Below are positions 1 to 13,412 of a stretch of DNA of 64,000 nt, piece by piece; within the stretch, counting starts at the first letter, position 1, and the number at the start of each line of letters is the position of its first letter. Below the pieces are notes generated by a model that saw nothing but the letters and a program-made list of their open reading frames with translations, searched no databases and had not been told where the DNA came from. A program made the position numbers and the translations under genes. The stretch comes from Takakia lepidozioides (Eukaryota > Plantae > Bryophyta), in the NCBI GenBank assembly GCA_030704615.1, contig CM060733.1, forward strand, positions 58,590,001 to 58,654,000. The letters run 5' to 3'.

Positions 1-1473
1 GGTTTTGTAGCAAGGTACAAAGTGCGCTTGGTTGCAAAGGGGTTTTTGCAAATTGAAGGTATTGATTACAATGAAACCTTCTTCCCTGTTGCACGGATGG
101 AGTCAATTCGAGTGATTCTAGTGTTTGTTGTTATTGAAAATCTTAAGGTACATCAAATGGATGTATGTACAGCCTCTCTCAATGGAGATCTTATGGAAGA
201 AATATACATGGACCAGCCGGAGGGATTTGCTGTAAAAGGGAAGGAAATGATGGTGTGTAAGCTCCTCAAGTCCTTGTATGGTTTGAAGCAATCCCCGAGG
301 GCATGGAATTTTTACCTGAACCAGCGTAAGTATCTTGAAGATATCTTAAGGCGCTTTGGTATGGCTGAAAGTATGCTGGTAAATACCCCGTTTGTCCCAA
401 ATTGCAAACTCTCAAATGAGATGAGTCCTAAGAGTGCTGCAGACTTGGAGACAATGAGAGATGTTCCCTATCATAGTGTTGTGGGAAGTCTCATGTATGC
501 AATGGTCTGTACTAGGCCAGATATTGCAGAAGCAGTAGGGGTTGTAAGCCAATTTGTGACTAACCCTGGGCAACTCCATTGGGTTGCAGTAAAGCGGATT
601 TTCCAGTGTTTGCAAAAGCACAGAGCTATACGGCTATTGTGATGCAGATTGGGCTGGTAATGTTGATGACCGCCACTCTACAACTGGCTATGTTTTTATG
701 CTAGCAAATGGAGCTGTAAGCTGGAGCAGCAAAAAGCAATCTTCAATTGTTATGTCCTCAACTGAGGCAGAATATATGGCTGCATCTCAAGCTACAAGAC
801 AAGCATTATGGTTATCATCATTTCTCTCTAGTATTGGTCGTCCATAGAGGGATACCATGGTCATATATGATGATAACCAAGGGTGTATTGCTCTCTCAAA
901 GAATCCAATGTTTCATGCTCGCACAAAGCATATTGAGATTCATCATCATTTGGTACGAGAGAAGACTGAAGCTGGAGTTGTCATGCTTGTATATTGCAAC
1001 ACCAACAACATGGTTGCAGACATACTGCAACCATGGTTGCGCTTTCGAGGCTTAATGGGAGTAGTTAAGTGCTTAACTTGGTAACTCGTTGAGTGGGGGT
1101 GTTGGAAATCAACTTTTGACCAAGTTACTACTATCTAGATCAGTTACTATGATGACAAGTCAGGCTTCAATAATAGCAGTGCTGACAAGTCACAGTTAAC
1201 AATAGAGATAAGCCTCAGTTAGCTAAAAGATAGCTAAAGTTAGCTTCAGTTATTAGTGACTCAAGTCATTGTACCAAAATAGCAGGTGGAGATAACTTAA
1301 GTAAAAGCATGGAATTATGCTATAGTTATCTCAGCTATTTATGTATTAGACTTTGAGTATAAATATGGAGAGTTCGGAGGGTGGACACACAGCTTGTTGT
1401 GGTCCTATGGTTGGGTGGAGAGTTCTCAGTAATCAATTCATCTTTTATCTCTATTCTCTGTCGAATTCCAACA
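1..1473 (+). mobile_element. Ty1/Copia LTR retrotransposon, 3' part (defective RT, RNase H, PPT, 3' LTR)
   Basis: ORF 22-642 has Copia RT motifs (RLVAKGF.Q.EGIDYNETF.PV, HQMDV, LYGLKQSPRAW, YAMVCTRPDIA). Frameshifted RNase H follows (DADWAG..DDRHSTTGY, DNQGCIALSKNPMFHARTKHIEI). Purine tract GAGTGGGGG at 1091-1099 abuts the LTR. Confidence 0.95.
1100..1473 (+). repeat. Copia 3' LTR (374 bp)
   Basis: Starts TGTTGGAA, ends TTCCAACA (perfect 8-bp terminal inverted repeat). Follows the PPT directly; TATAAATA near 1358. Confidence 0.85.
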
Positions 1474-1999
1474 TAATGTACCCTGACCCGCCAATTGCAT
1501 GATACCCTGACCCGGGCCCTATTGGCACGGTACGTAATTGCTACCAAAACCGGACCCTAACCTGAATCCAAGCCTCTAAAGATATTGGATTGGTTTCTGT
1601 CCACCTCACATGGTCCGGGTTGAAAAAAAGAACGGTGACCGATAGTCAAATTAAAAGGAGAAACAAAGAAAATATAACCCTAAAGAAAGTCCTGAAGCAG
1701 ACGAGGGGGATACCACCCCGATTGTTCTCTATTTTTTTTTCTAGCTGAAGAAGGGGCCCCATTTTTTTTTAAAGTGTTGAAAACAAGAATTAGTTGCTCC
1801 ATTTTCTATTGGACTGTTTTAACATTTTTTTTCATTATTATTGTGTTGCGCCATTATTTGTTTTATAGGCCCGGACCCTTAATCCACCTTGGCCCTGACG
1901 GTATGTTATATGAATACCCGAACGTACCCTAACCCGACTCTTATTTTACCCTGACCCGACCCGGATTCTTTTAATTTGTATGTGCACACAAATTTGAAA

Positions 2000-2348
2000 C
2001 CCGGACCTAGAGGGTCCATTTTTTTTTATTGAAAAGGGATAACCCGGACCTTAAGGCTATATTGAAATCAATATATCCGCCCAACTAGAGTGTCAAGGCC
2101 AACTTGCTTTGTCGCAGCTTGTTACATGCAATGACTTGGGGAATAATTTATCTATGACCTATTTTGCGCCCGACCCGGAGGGTCCATTTTTTTTTATTGA
2201 AAAGGGGTAACCCGGACCCTGAGGCTATATTGAAATCAATATACCCGCCCAACATTGGTAATCCTAGTGTGGCAGGGCCAACTTGCTTTGTCGGAGCTTG
2301 TTACTCACAATGACTTGGGGAATAATTCATCTATGGTATTTTGCGCCC
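2000..2348. repeat. Diverged tandem duplication (~170 bp x2) containing the right end of a hAT-type MITE
   Basis: GGGTCCATTTT...TATTTTGCGCCC occurs twice. Each copy has CCGCCCAAC(ATTG), matching the right TIR of the element at 30014-30788; ACCCGG/ACCCTG subterminal-like motifs run through 1480-2220. Confidence 0.6.
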
Positions 2349-2854
2349 CCACCCCACCCCTCCTTAGTGAATATTCTGCCACCTGCTACAGTCTACCCTC
2401 CATAAATGTGAGCTTTTTTTCTTGTCTTTTAAAAGCGGCACTAGTGGCAATCTTGTGAAGGAAGAAGTCCTTGTGGCAAATTCGCCTATCTTTCAGCCGA
2501 AAAAGTTACAGTAGGTTTTTCTGACTGGTGCTTTTGGCAACACTTCATATATGGACCTAACTACATTAGGCGAGATTATTTTTTCATGTTACTGGACATT
2601 GACTACTCTCTCAAGACAGAGATATAGGAAGTGGCAATTTGGAATTGAGAGCAAGAGCAAATTTTGACAAAATGGATCGGCAAAGCTCCATAATGGACCT
2701 GGTAGCGGCGGCAACATTTATGGCAATGGCAGCATCATTAAGCATACACGTGCGAGAGTTGGTGATGGAGGCGAGGAAGCATGTTGTCGTTCATGCTCTT
2801 GTGCCCTAAACCTAAGAAGATCTTGGCCCTTCATCTTTTAACCCCGGTCTCGCG

Positions 2855-3062
2855 TCCATTTTATACTTAACCAAATTTGGACTTAGTCTAATTCGAGACC
2901 GAGTGTAAGTACACCAAGTGGAGTTACACACCCCATCGTGTAACCCAGTGTAAGCCCAAGTGGAGTAACACCCCCCATTGTGTAACCCAACGTAACCTCG
3001 ACTCGAGTTGACACTCCTTCGTCACTCTCAAGAGAGGGTGGGAAAGATTTGACATGCCGAAA
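2855..3062. repeat. Dispersed repeat with ~40-bp GTAAC/GTTAC subunits; inverted relative at ~42670-42957
   Basis: CCAAATTTGGACTT, GAGTTACAC/GTAACCC subunits and GGAAAGATTTGACATGCCG have reverse-complement counterparts at 42670-42957. Confidence 0.6.
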
Positions 3063-3289
3063 ATCAGCGTACCTATTAGAGGTTGCACGTGTGCATTAAG
3101 TTCTTACCTCATTTCTATTATCTTCCCCAAGTGACCTGCATTCAGCTGGAGCATGTCGCCATGTCGTCATGTCAATTATTGCAGAGAAAAACTAAAAATA
3201 TTAATATCTACAAAATTTATGGGGATTTAACTAGTTTAGCAATACCCGTTTGGGGTTCCATAGGAAGTTAACCCCTAAAGGACGACCCG

Positions 3290-4418
3290 ACCCCAATAGG
3301 GTCCGTCAGATTTTTGCCACCATCCAGCTTTCATGCTCGTTTGTTGGAGAGATTGCGAACGACCCTAGGGAGTACAAAGGTGTCCCTATCCACTGGAGCA
3401 TTCAACAAGGCCATCTCCTTATTGCGGGCTTTGTGCTGCGCCAGGACTTGTGCTGGTGATAATCCCATTCGAAGTAGAGACATGATGTATTGTTTCATGT
3501 CATCAGACAAGCGGACCCCCATAGAAAAACGGAATTGAGCAAATGAGCCCCCATGACATACTTCTCCATTAATGTTTTGCATGCTCCATGTTGTGATATA
3601 AGATTTCACATAAAGTGTTGTCAAGATACAATTGTTTTATACGAAATTGACATTTGTAGCCACGTTTAACAGACATGCCTGACATTTTTTTGATGATCCT
3701 CTTCTTTTTCTCTTGAGTCTTTCCATGGTGTACTGTACTGGACTGCTCCTGCAGCATGACATGCACATGAAATTGTAGTGCAAGCAGCTGAACTGAATCA
3801 TATCACAGAATGAACACATAGCCACAATATACCAACCTCATTTCTGAAAGTTGAACAGATTGTGTGCGGCAAAATGACCAAAATATGACTATTTGTACAA
3901 CAGTAAAATATAAATTTTTGTGTTCAACCACAATCTGAGTACTTGTGTCTTGGTTTGCAGGACAACCTCTTTCTGCTTTGCTTTCACTTGGTTTTTTTTA
4001 TTTCTTCTTCCTTTTAAGCTGAACTTTCTGTTTTTGCTTCTTTTGTGTAGATATGAGTAGTGTTGTCACATCTTGAACCACCATTTGACTATAGTCTTCA
4101 GGGCCATAACAACAACGATATCTGTTAACAAATTCCAGATATATATCAGATGCAATATATGTTTGAAAAACAAAGTTTGAGTTCCAAGAACAGTTTTGAT
4201 AGTGCACTTGATAGCTCATCTCACAAGCAAACTGCTACTGTTTGCCCGTGGGTGGGTGATAGATCCAGGAGCATTTCTCTTCATGACCTCTTTGGTGAAA
4301 CTAGTAGGAAATTGATGATTGTTCTGCGCCCCTTCAATGAAATCAGACACACGATCCCATGGTATGATGGCGGTACAAGTGTCTTTGTATTGTCCACTTC
4401 CTACAGTCACATGTGGAG
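3290..4418 (-). pseudogene. MULE-derived SWIM-family transposase-like gene, N-terminal half
   Basis: Fragments AIIPWDRVSDFIEG..FPTSF, YRCCYGPEDY, KRGYKCQFRIKQLY and RDTFVLPRVVRNL resemble the N-terminus of plant MULE-related SWIM proteins. Stops, frameshifts and introns present; cut by the Gypsy LTR at 4419. Confidence 0.7.
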
Positions 4419-5139
4419 TGTCGCGCACTTCACTTCGGTAAGCTCCCCTTCAAGTCATAGTTACTCGCTTTGATGCGCGTGCCTAACTCCCAACCTGGCG
4501 GCTGGGCCAACTTGGAGCTTCGGCTGCTCACTGGGACATAACGGTCCCCCTTTACTCTTCCAAAAGACCCTCCACCAATTTGGGCCTAGTGGAAATTCTC
4601 TTTGGTAGATGGCAGTCCGGAATAGCTCCCCACTCCTTGGTCGCTTTTCGGCTCGCTCGCTTACCCACTAGTTTTTGGTCACCAACGGGCTTGCACCGTT
4701 CTCGGGTTACTACTCCCTATATATACTTCTGTGACTGTCCGCGGGGTTTCACAAAACCCTGCCATTTTATGGCGAACCACCACGAAGACCCTCGACTCCC
4801 GGTGATGAGTCGCGGTGAGTCTTGGCCCACCCACCACGGCCCCATTGGACCGTGATGAGTCCCAAGACTCCCCACGACTCCCACCACAAGGTCTCCGCCC
4901 CATGGTGAGTCCTATGTCACCCCCACTAAGTCCTACTAAGCTACCACCACCCCTTGTGGAGCCACCCCCACCGCAACCCGGTGTGCGGGGCTCCACCTAG
5001 TGAGCGCCTCGGCCTCCGTGAGTGCCTTGGGCACTCAAGGGTGCTTTAGCCCCCCGTACCTATTGCTGCCACTGCCCCCACCACAGGGGCAGTCCCTCTG
5101 CGTCCCGACCCCTTGTCCTCCATGCAAAGGGCCGCGACA
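4419..5139 (-). repeat. Gypsy 3' LTR (721 bp)
   Basis: On the - strand TGTCGCG...CGCGACA, preceded by G-rich GGTAGGGGTGTG. Homologous end to end with the solo LTR at 15283-16006. Confidence 0.9.
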
Positions 5140-8100
5140 CACACCCCTACCAACAGGGAGTCGATGTCCTCATCGACTTGTCCATTTTGTAGAAACGAAC
5201 ATCCAAATTGTGGCGTCCCACATCAAGGAGTTTGTTTTCGTACCATGGCGTCCCATGGCAAAGAACAAACCCCCACTTGACTCTACTCTCCACTAGCTAG
5301 TTCAGGTCCCCGCCAAGGGTGGAGCTTCTCAAGCTCCTCCCAGTGCACTCTTCTTGGCCCACTTCAAGGCCAAGGAACGATCCTCCCCGAGGATCGAATC
5401 GCCTTACTGCAACAACATTGCTTGCAACCGCTCATGATGCCACTTTTGGCATCACCTTGAGCAAGGGTTCACTTTGAACCCCTTTTTGACTAGGAAGATA
5501 ACCTTGAACCAACCGTGCGCCCCAATCACTACAATTGGGTCCGCCTTGGAATGCTGGCCTGAGGTACGGGAAGACGCCGAAGCCGCATTACGACTTCGTC
5601 CCGAGGCTACACGATTATAGTACGTGAACGAAAGCACGTAGCTTCCGTGTTAGCCTGCACTACAAGGCAACCCCCTCGGTAGCGCAGTTATAGTACTTGC
5701 ACGCACCAGGTGCGCACTAGCACGTGAAATCCCAAAGAAGGCGCAAATTTCCTTGCCGCTTGGATGGGAGTCACCCGATTTCGGCACTACGCAAACACAC
5801 GATTAATCCAATTTACCTCTCCCACCTTTGTAAGCTAGCATGCATTCTACATACTAGCCGAACATACCATGCATCACCATTCCAAACAAAATAAGACGCA
5901 CAACATTTGGAAACCATTTCATTTATAACAAAATTTGTACAATACAAGTTTTTGCAATCGGATTCATGAGCTAGCTAAGCCGGGCTAAGCATGCATTTCC
6001 TCCCCGCGATCCCGGTTGATGTCCCCATCAACGCTTTTCCGAGGTCGCCCTTCGAAAGCTGCAACCGCCTCGGATGCGTTTCCCATTTCTGAGGCACGCA
6101 CCCAAGATGCCTCCACATGATGATAGCCCTTCCATTTTACGAGATACTCTGTTTCTCGATTCTTGAACCTCCTCGACTTAAGCACTGCCTCCACCTCGTA
6201 CTCAGGTTCATTTTCATGATCCAACAGCATAGGTGGCGGACGCAACACTTGATGCCGATTCGGACGCGCTTTATCTTTGAAGTAAGGCTTCAAAAGAGAG
6301 ACGTGGAATACCGGATGCACCTTGCTGTTTGCCGGCAGCTCCAATTCATATACATCCTCATTCATAACCTTCCAGATGCGAAAGGGTCCCGCATACGGAG
6401 GTACAAACTTCGGACTCACTTCCGGAGGTAGTTGGAAATTCTTGATGTTCAACCAGACCTCTATGCCTGCCTCAAACTTAACTTCCCTCCGCTTCCGATT
6501 CGCCTGCCATTCATACCGTTTCCTAGCTTTGGCAATGTTGTATTTTGCGAGCTTCAACAAACGCTCGCGATCTTCCAGCATCGCTGCTGCTGCGGGTTCC
6601 TCAACGTCTTGGGCGGCCCAACTTGTCGGCACCAAAGGTGCTTTTCCATAGACCAATACGAAAAGGGAAACTCCCGTTACGGAGTGTTTTGTGTTATTAT
6701 AACAGAACTCTGCCGCGTCCAAGTGCTCCACCCAGTCCGATTGGTGTGCCACCACGTAATTTCGCAAAATCTGCTTCACCACGAAATTCACCCTTTCCAT
6801 TTGGCCGTCCGTCGTAGGTCGGAAGGCAATGCTCATCTTGAGCCTCGTCCCCATTTTCTTCTAGAGTGCCCTCCAAAATTTACTTGTAAACTTTGGATCG
6901 CGGTTCAAGACAATATCCTTCGGGAGTCCATGATGCTTGAAGACGTGGGCGAAGTAAAGTCGCTCTGTCTCCTGTGCCGTTGCCGCCTCCTTGGTGGGAA
7001 TGAAATGGCCCATTTTACTGAATCTATCCACCACCACCATGATTGCATTGAATCATTTTGACAGCGGCATAGCAGTCATGAAATCCATCGAGACACTTTC
7101 CCAAAACCCCTCTGGAATCGGCAAGGGTTGTAACAGCCCCGCTTGCTTTTTGTACTCGCTCCGGTTTTGTTGGCATGTGGTGCATGTCTTGACATACTCC
7201 TTGGCCTCCTCCCTCAGTTTGGGCCCGAAATACTCTTTCTTTAGGAGTGCCGCGGTGCGCTTGGCTCCGCCATGGCCCGCAAGCGGGCCATCATGACATT
7301 CTCTCAAGAGAATATATCTGATCCCTTCCTTCGGCACATAGAGACGTTTTTGCTTGTACCGGAGCAGTCCATTTTGCAAGTGAAACTGCGATTTAACCCC
7401 CATCCTTAAGTCCCGCATCACAGACTTCGTCATCTCATCCTTCTGGTAAGCCTTCCAGATCTTTCTTTGGAGCGCCGTCTCACCTCTGTACACCAACATG
7501 AGCTGCTGCTTTCTATTTAAGGCATCGGCCACCACATTGTTCCGTCCCGGTTTGTACTGGATATCCACGTCAAACATTGCCAAAGTGTCTTGCCACCTGA
7601 GTTGTTTTGGGGACAACTTAGGCTGCGTGGCAAAATACTTCACCGTGACATTGTCCGTGAATACCTTCACCGGGTTGGAACCAACATAGTGGCACCAAAG
7701 CTCAAGGCAATGCACCACCGCCTTCATCTCTTTCTCGTGCGTTGGCCACCGTCGCTCCGCTTCATTCAGTTTCTTACTTTCGTAAGCCACTGAACGCCCC
7801 CAATCGCGAAGTCCGACGCATTTGTATGAATCTCAAACGGACGGTCGAACTCCGGGATTTTCAAGACTTGAGCTTCCGCCATCCGCTGCTTCAACTCGGC
7901 AAAGGCTTGGCCACAAAAGGTGTTCCATACCCATACCTTGGATTTACACAGAAGGTCTGACAGCGGCCCCACGATCTTGGCAAAATTTCTCACATACTTT
8001 CGGTAGCGAGTCCTAGGAAGGATCGCACTCCCGGGACCGAAGTTGGAGGCTCCCAGTCCAAGATTGCCCTTACCTTTCTGTCATCCATTTTGATCCTATC

Positions 8101-10175
8101 CTGTGTAATCACATGCCCCAGGAACTCCACTTTTGTGACCCCGAATTCGCACTTTGAAGCTTTGGCATACAGCTTCCCTTCTCGCAATTTTTGGAACACC
8201 CTTTTGAGGTGCTCCAGGTGCTCCTCTTTTGTTTTTGAGTACACCAAGATGTCGTCGATGTACACGATCACAAAGTCATCCAGCCACTTCTGGAAAAGGC
8301 TGTTCATCAGCGTGCTAAAGGTCGCGGGTGCGTTGGTGAGCCCAAAAGGCATCACCAAGAACTCATATGAACCATACCTTGTCCTGCATGCGGTCTTCTC
8401 CTGATCTCCTTCCGCCACTCGAATTTGATGATAGACGGAACGCAAATCAATCCGGCTGAAATACTTCGCTCCCGCCAACCGATCGAAAATGTCGTCGATC
8501 CTTGGCAAAGGGTACCAGTTTTTGATAGTCACCTTATTCAGAGCCCTGTAATTGACACACATCCGCAGCGTCCCATCCTTTTTGTCTGCGAATAGCACCG
8601 GGGCTCCGTAAGGTGACTTACTCGGCCGGATGTACCCCTTTGACATTAGATCCTTGAGCTGAGTCTTCAGCTCAACCAACTCTCTCTGGCTCAACCGGTA
8701 GGGCGCCTTGGCAGGCGGCTCCGATCCCGGTATCACCTTAATCTCGTGGTCAACTCCCCTTCGCAGTGGCAAGCCGCTTGGTAAATCCTCCGGCATCACA
8801 TCCTGGTATTTCTCCAAGATCCCCTTGATCCAATCTGGGCTCGGCTCCTTATCGCCCTCTCCCTTCACTTGTCTTACGTAAAGCAAAAACTGGGGCTCGT
8901 GTGGCTCCTCCATGGCCCACTCCCTTGCTGACAGAAGGTTTATTCGCCCTCCCACGGGTTTGGGCGTTTACGACACTCGTAAAACTTCGCCACCATTCCC
9001 ACGCGACAACGTGACTACTCTCTTGCGGCCATTTATGACCGCTCTGGATTTGCTCAAAAAAATCATCCCCAAAATGAGATCCACTCCATCGATCTCGCAA
9101 ATGGTGAAGTTCTCACGTCCCTCCCAACTCCCCAGTTGAAGAGGAACATTGAACGCCAATCTCGTCGCCAAATTGTGGTTCTCTTTTGGCAGAACACATT
9201 TCAATAGAGGCCTCCACGTCACTTGTCGAGAGCCCCAGCTTCGTGTCATTGCCGGTGTCATGAAGGAGTGCGACGCTCCTGTGTCCACCAACAACGACAC
9301 GTTAGTTCCGGAAATTATCCCATCCACGAACATTAACTAACTTCCTTCACGCAACTTGCCAGTTTCCTGATACAACTCACAAGAGTAGTTGCCTATCTTG
9401 CAAGTCTTGGTGACCACCGCCTCCACTAAGCGGCTGATTGAATCTTCGGACAACTCCGTGGCCGCCCGAGTCATGTTCAATTGTCGGGGTTTCGTGCACT
9501 TCTTGGCCATGTGCCTGGGCTCCCCGCAATTGAAGCACACTCCATCGAAGGTCGCCTTCTGTCCGCCATAAGCCGCCGCACCCGCTTTTCCTTTCGGAGC
9601 ACCGGGTGCCACCTTGACGTGTGAAGGCCCTCCCTTTGATTTCCACGTGCCATTGTCGCCGCGTGGCCTATCCCACTTCTTTTCCGGTCGGAAGGAGTCA
9701 CCCTCCCGCCGGGCCTTCTTGTGGTTCAGCTCCGTACGGCCTTGTCTTTTGCCCCTAGGGACATCCGAGAAACATTCAGCCCTCTCAATTGCCTCGTTCA
9801 AAGTCTTAGGTGGTTTCTCCTCCAACTTCCGCCTGGCCCATGGGGCCAGTCCCGCCAGAAAGTTGAAGACCATTTCTGGTTCTCTCATGTCCGCGACTTT
9901 GAGCAACATCACATTGAAAGCCTGAACATATTCCTGAATGTCATCCGTTTGCTTCAAATTCCTCATCTTGTCCCGGACGAGCCAGGACGTGTTGAGGGGC
10001 ACAAACTGTCTCTTCATAAGTTCTTTGAACCCACTCCAGTTCAAGGTTTCCAGTTTTGGACCTCGGTCGTGAAGGCGTTTCTGCCACCATTGTTGAGCAT
10101 AGCCCCTCAAATAGATCCTAAGAACATACAACTTGTGCATGACCTACTCAGCTTCATACCCCTTCTCCACCCATT
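4419..10175 (-). mobile_element. Ty3/Gypsy chromovirus LTR retrotransposon, 5'-truncated and frameshifted
   Basis: gag with CCHC knuckle CFNCGEPRHMAKKC (9337-10140); protease LVDTGASHSF (8968-9333); [11 protein letters not shown] (7990-8955); RNase H and integrase HHCC (7053-7993); integrase core, GPF motif and chromodomain YEVEAVL...YLVKWKGY (5985-6854). 3' LTR present; no 5' LTR or PBS. Confidence 0.95.
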
Positions 10176-10297
10176 CTAAACCAATATCCGGTTATATTCT
10201 ACAAATATTTATTTTGTGTTGAGTGGAAGCAGATTTGCGATGAGCAACATGTAGGCAATCATTGAATTATTGACATATATTGTTCTTTGTTTTGCAG

Positions 10298-11514
10298 TAT
10301 CCATTGTACAGCCTTATGGTTCTTGATGAGTGACAGAACGACATTCCAATTGCGTATGTAATCACTGGAAGGAGTCACCAGGATGATCTTGAGCCCTGGA
10401 TGCAAGCACTGAATGCAAGGTTGCTCCAGCACAATCCAACATGGCATCCAAATGCATTTATAGTTGACAATGCTCAAGCTGAAATCAATGCAATAAGGTC
10501 AGACATATGTACGCACATATATAGAGTAAAAGTCTTGTACTGCATTTTTCATTCATGTATGGTTTGAAGGCTGCATAAAATGTGTTAGGCAATACCACAA
10601 TCTGAACCCTATATTAACAACTTACGTTGCAATTTTTGCAGCAAAGTTTGGGGGAATTCAGCTATTTTCCTTTGTCCGTGGCACGTCTGTAAAGCATGGG
10701 CAGAAAATGTTGTCAAGAAAATAGCAATTCCAGAACTTCGAGCACAAATTTTGCATGACCTTGGAGATATCATGTATGACAAGTCTGGACTTATTGGCGA
10801 TAAGGCGGTGCAGTGAAGCAAGAGCCGTCTAGCCAAGATGACTACCAAGTACCCTGACGCTGCTCGATTCATGAAGTACATGAACAAACATTGGGTCCAT
10901 AAATGTCACATGTGGATCATTGGAAACAGGAACATTCCCCACGCTAGTCAAGACACAAATGCGGCGATTGAATCTTATCATGGGAACTTGAAGTCCATTC
11001 TCAACTCTTCCAAAGAAAAGTTCGAAGGACGACGAGTTGATTGGTTGATTTATCAGTTGGTAGGTGATGTAGTCACACGTTATTGGTATTAGGTACAATG
11101 CAAAGCATTTGGTTTTGTGCGCAACAAACGCCAAGAGGGTATTGTTTGTAGTGCTATTCTGCGTGCAAGAAGCATACCGGATGGCCATGTTCTGCTTCAT
11201 GCAGATGACCAGGATGTTGCGTATGTGGCTTTCGTAAATAACCCACCTCTGGTCTGGACTGTGCACGCACTTGAAAGTGAATGGGCCCAATGTGACTGTC
11301 TTGTTGCCTCACAGGGATACATCTGCAAACATGTTGTGAAGGTGTTCAAGCTCTTGCACCCAAATGTGGAGGATGGGTCCATAATTCATTTGGCAGACAC
11401 TCTAAGAGGTACAGAATATAGAGGTTTGAATCTCATGGCAAATCAAGGCAAGCTCATTCCAATGAAAAATGAGGAAATTGTTGGAGACGATGTTGTTTAT
11501 CTGACTGCAGGCTC
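10298..11514 (+). pseudogene. MULE-derived SWIM-family transposase-like gene, C-terminal half
   Basis: YPLYSLMVLDE..IPIAYVIT, NAFIVDNAQAEINAIR, FLCPWHV, TNAAIESYHGNLK and SWIM finger CDCLVASQGYICKH. GT-AG intron at ~10498-10640; internal stops. Confidence 0.85.
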
Positions 11515-13412
11515 TGTCATGGTTCTAGTCATGGTTATCTAGAATTACCTACTTCTAGTTAACTAGGATATTTTAGATATTTATATTTATATTTTGTGTG
11601 TTGGAACTTCATTTGGTCTCACATGCCAAGTGAGCTGTCGAGCCTCACTTGGGACATGGAGATAGGTTTTCCCCTTGTGAGGATGGAGGAGGCTCATCTT
11701 CTTGTAGTTGAGCCTCCATGAGCCTCTCTCACCTCCAAAGCTCTAGGTATTGAGAAGGGGTGTGGTGAGGGCTTTGTAGGGTGGATTCCCTTAGCAAGGG
11801 TGCCCTTGGCTTAACTTAGTTTATGTGATTGAGTGGTTCATGAGTGGTATGTTTCCATTATGTTCACTTTTATTATCACTACAAGAAGATGACCTTATGC
11901 TTGTGAGTGCGGAGTGTAAGGATAGTTTTGCACTTGTGTTGGTGTACACCAAGGAGTGAGAGAGCTAGGGAAAGCTCAGGTATCTCACAAGGCTTGCAAG
12001 GTGTTGCAAGGAAGAGTATGTTTGCATTGCATCAAGGAGGTGGAGAGCTCTTGAGTTACAAGACTTTGCAAGTATTGCAGGGAGAAAGTATTGTGTGTGT
12101 GGAAGCAAAAGGTTTGAAAGTTTGAGAAGAAGGAGCGTCATCTCTTGTATCTCAAGTGTTGTAACAACCATTTGCCAAGGAAGTGGCTTCTATGGTGAAA
12201 AGAATGCATTGAGGGTTTGTAGAAGCATTATTGTGCACCAAGGGTTTGAGAGCTTGGAAAAGAGCTCTTGCATCACAAGAGAAGCGTCTTGTGTGTGGAG
12301 AAGATAGACACTAGGGTTTTAAGAGCAAGCTCTAGTTGTTCATGGTGTGAAAGAGAAGCCAAAGAGCGGCACATGCTTGGGTTAGAAACACCATAGAAGG
12401 AGTACAACAAGGATAGCTTGAGGAGCGTTGAGTAGCTCAAGAGAAGCTAAGAAGTGGTTGTTTTATCCATGGTGAAATGAAGCCAAGTGGGGTTTCATTT
12501 GGTTGACAAACAAGCAAGCTAAGGCGCTAGAAGAGAGTGATTTTGCTAGTCTATGAGTTCTTGGATTGCTCTTGGTGAAGCAAGTGGTTGACCAAGCAAG
12601 TGGTGCATGTGTGGAGTATGCTTTCCAAGTGCGGCTTCCAACTTCAAGCTTGAGGAGAGCTAGAAGGTGAAGGGAACAAGTTCATTCCTTTGTGTATGAG
12701 GTGATGCTTATGTGGAGCATGTTTTCAGCCCATCGAGGCTTCTATTTTCAAGCCTTGGAGAGCAAGAAGAAAGGAAAAGGGCTGGTTTCCACTTAGGTGA
12801 AGGAAAAACATTTGTAGAGCACATGTTTGAGTTGGGGTTTCAACCTTAAGCTTGAGGAGAGCACGACTCTTGAGCTAGCAAATGAAGGGACTTAAATCTT
12901 CCTCTTTGCATGAGATGGAGATGTATTGATGCTTGGAGAAGCAACACATAGGAGCCAAGAATGGAGCATGTGTGTGGATGGCCAAAGAAGAGCACATGAA
13001 TGAGTACAAGACTTGGTTGCTTGTCAAATGAGGTAAAAAGCTTGATTCTTGAGCTCCAAATAGAAGTGAAGCTTGTTGTGTGGCAAATGCATTGCTAGGT
13101 GAGATGGAATCAAGCTTGATTGTGGCTTGAGGTGAAGAAGATCAAGGTAGTTTGCCTTGATATCTCATAGAAGTCATGGATGCTTGAGGAGAGCAAGCAT
13201 GAAGCTCAAGGAATCCCAAACCCTAGCTTGGAATGCACAAACCCTAGCATGAGATGCATATGAAACCCTAGGTTCATGGGAACAGTCACCAAAGTGTGGG
13301 AATGGTCACCGTAGTCTGGGAACCATCACCGTAGTCTGGGAATTGTCACTGTAGTGTGGGAACAGTCATCACGGTGTGGGAACGGTCACTATAGGTTGGG
13401 AACATAATGACA
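11515..13412. mobile_element. Possible LTR-like insertion, ~1.9 kb, non-coding
   Basis: Abruptly ends the SWIM ORF. Begins TGTCAT and ends ATGACA; purine-skewed interior with internal repeats. No matching TSD (GGCTC vs TATAA). Confidence 0.35.
13277..13403 (+). repeat. Minisatellite, 20-bp unit (TGGGAAnnGTCACnGTAGTn) x ~6
   Basis: TGGGAA recurs every 20 bp with a similar intervening sequence. Confidence 0.85.

Noticed and set aside
6117-10179. Several + strand ORFs of 100-209 aa over the Gypsy element
   Set aside because: Antisense shadows of GC-rich pol and gag, with no motifs.
11877-11887. CACTACAAGAA as a CACTA terminus
   Set aside because: No partner inverted terminus or subterminal repeats found nearby.
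13277-13403. CRISPR-like array
   Set aside because: The 20-bp units are contiguous and mutually similar with no unique spacers; eukaryotic context and no cas genes.
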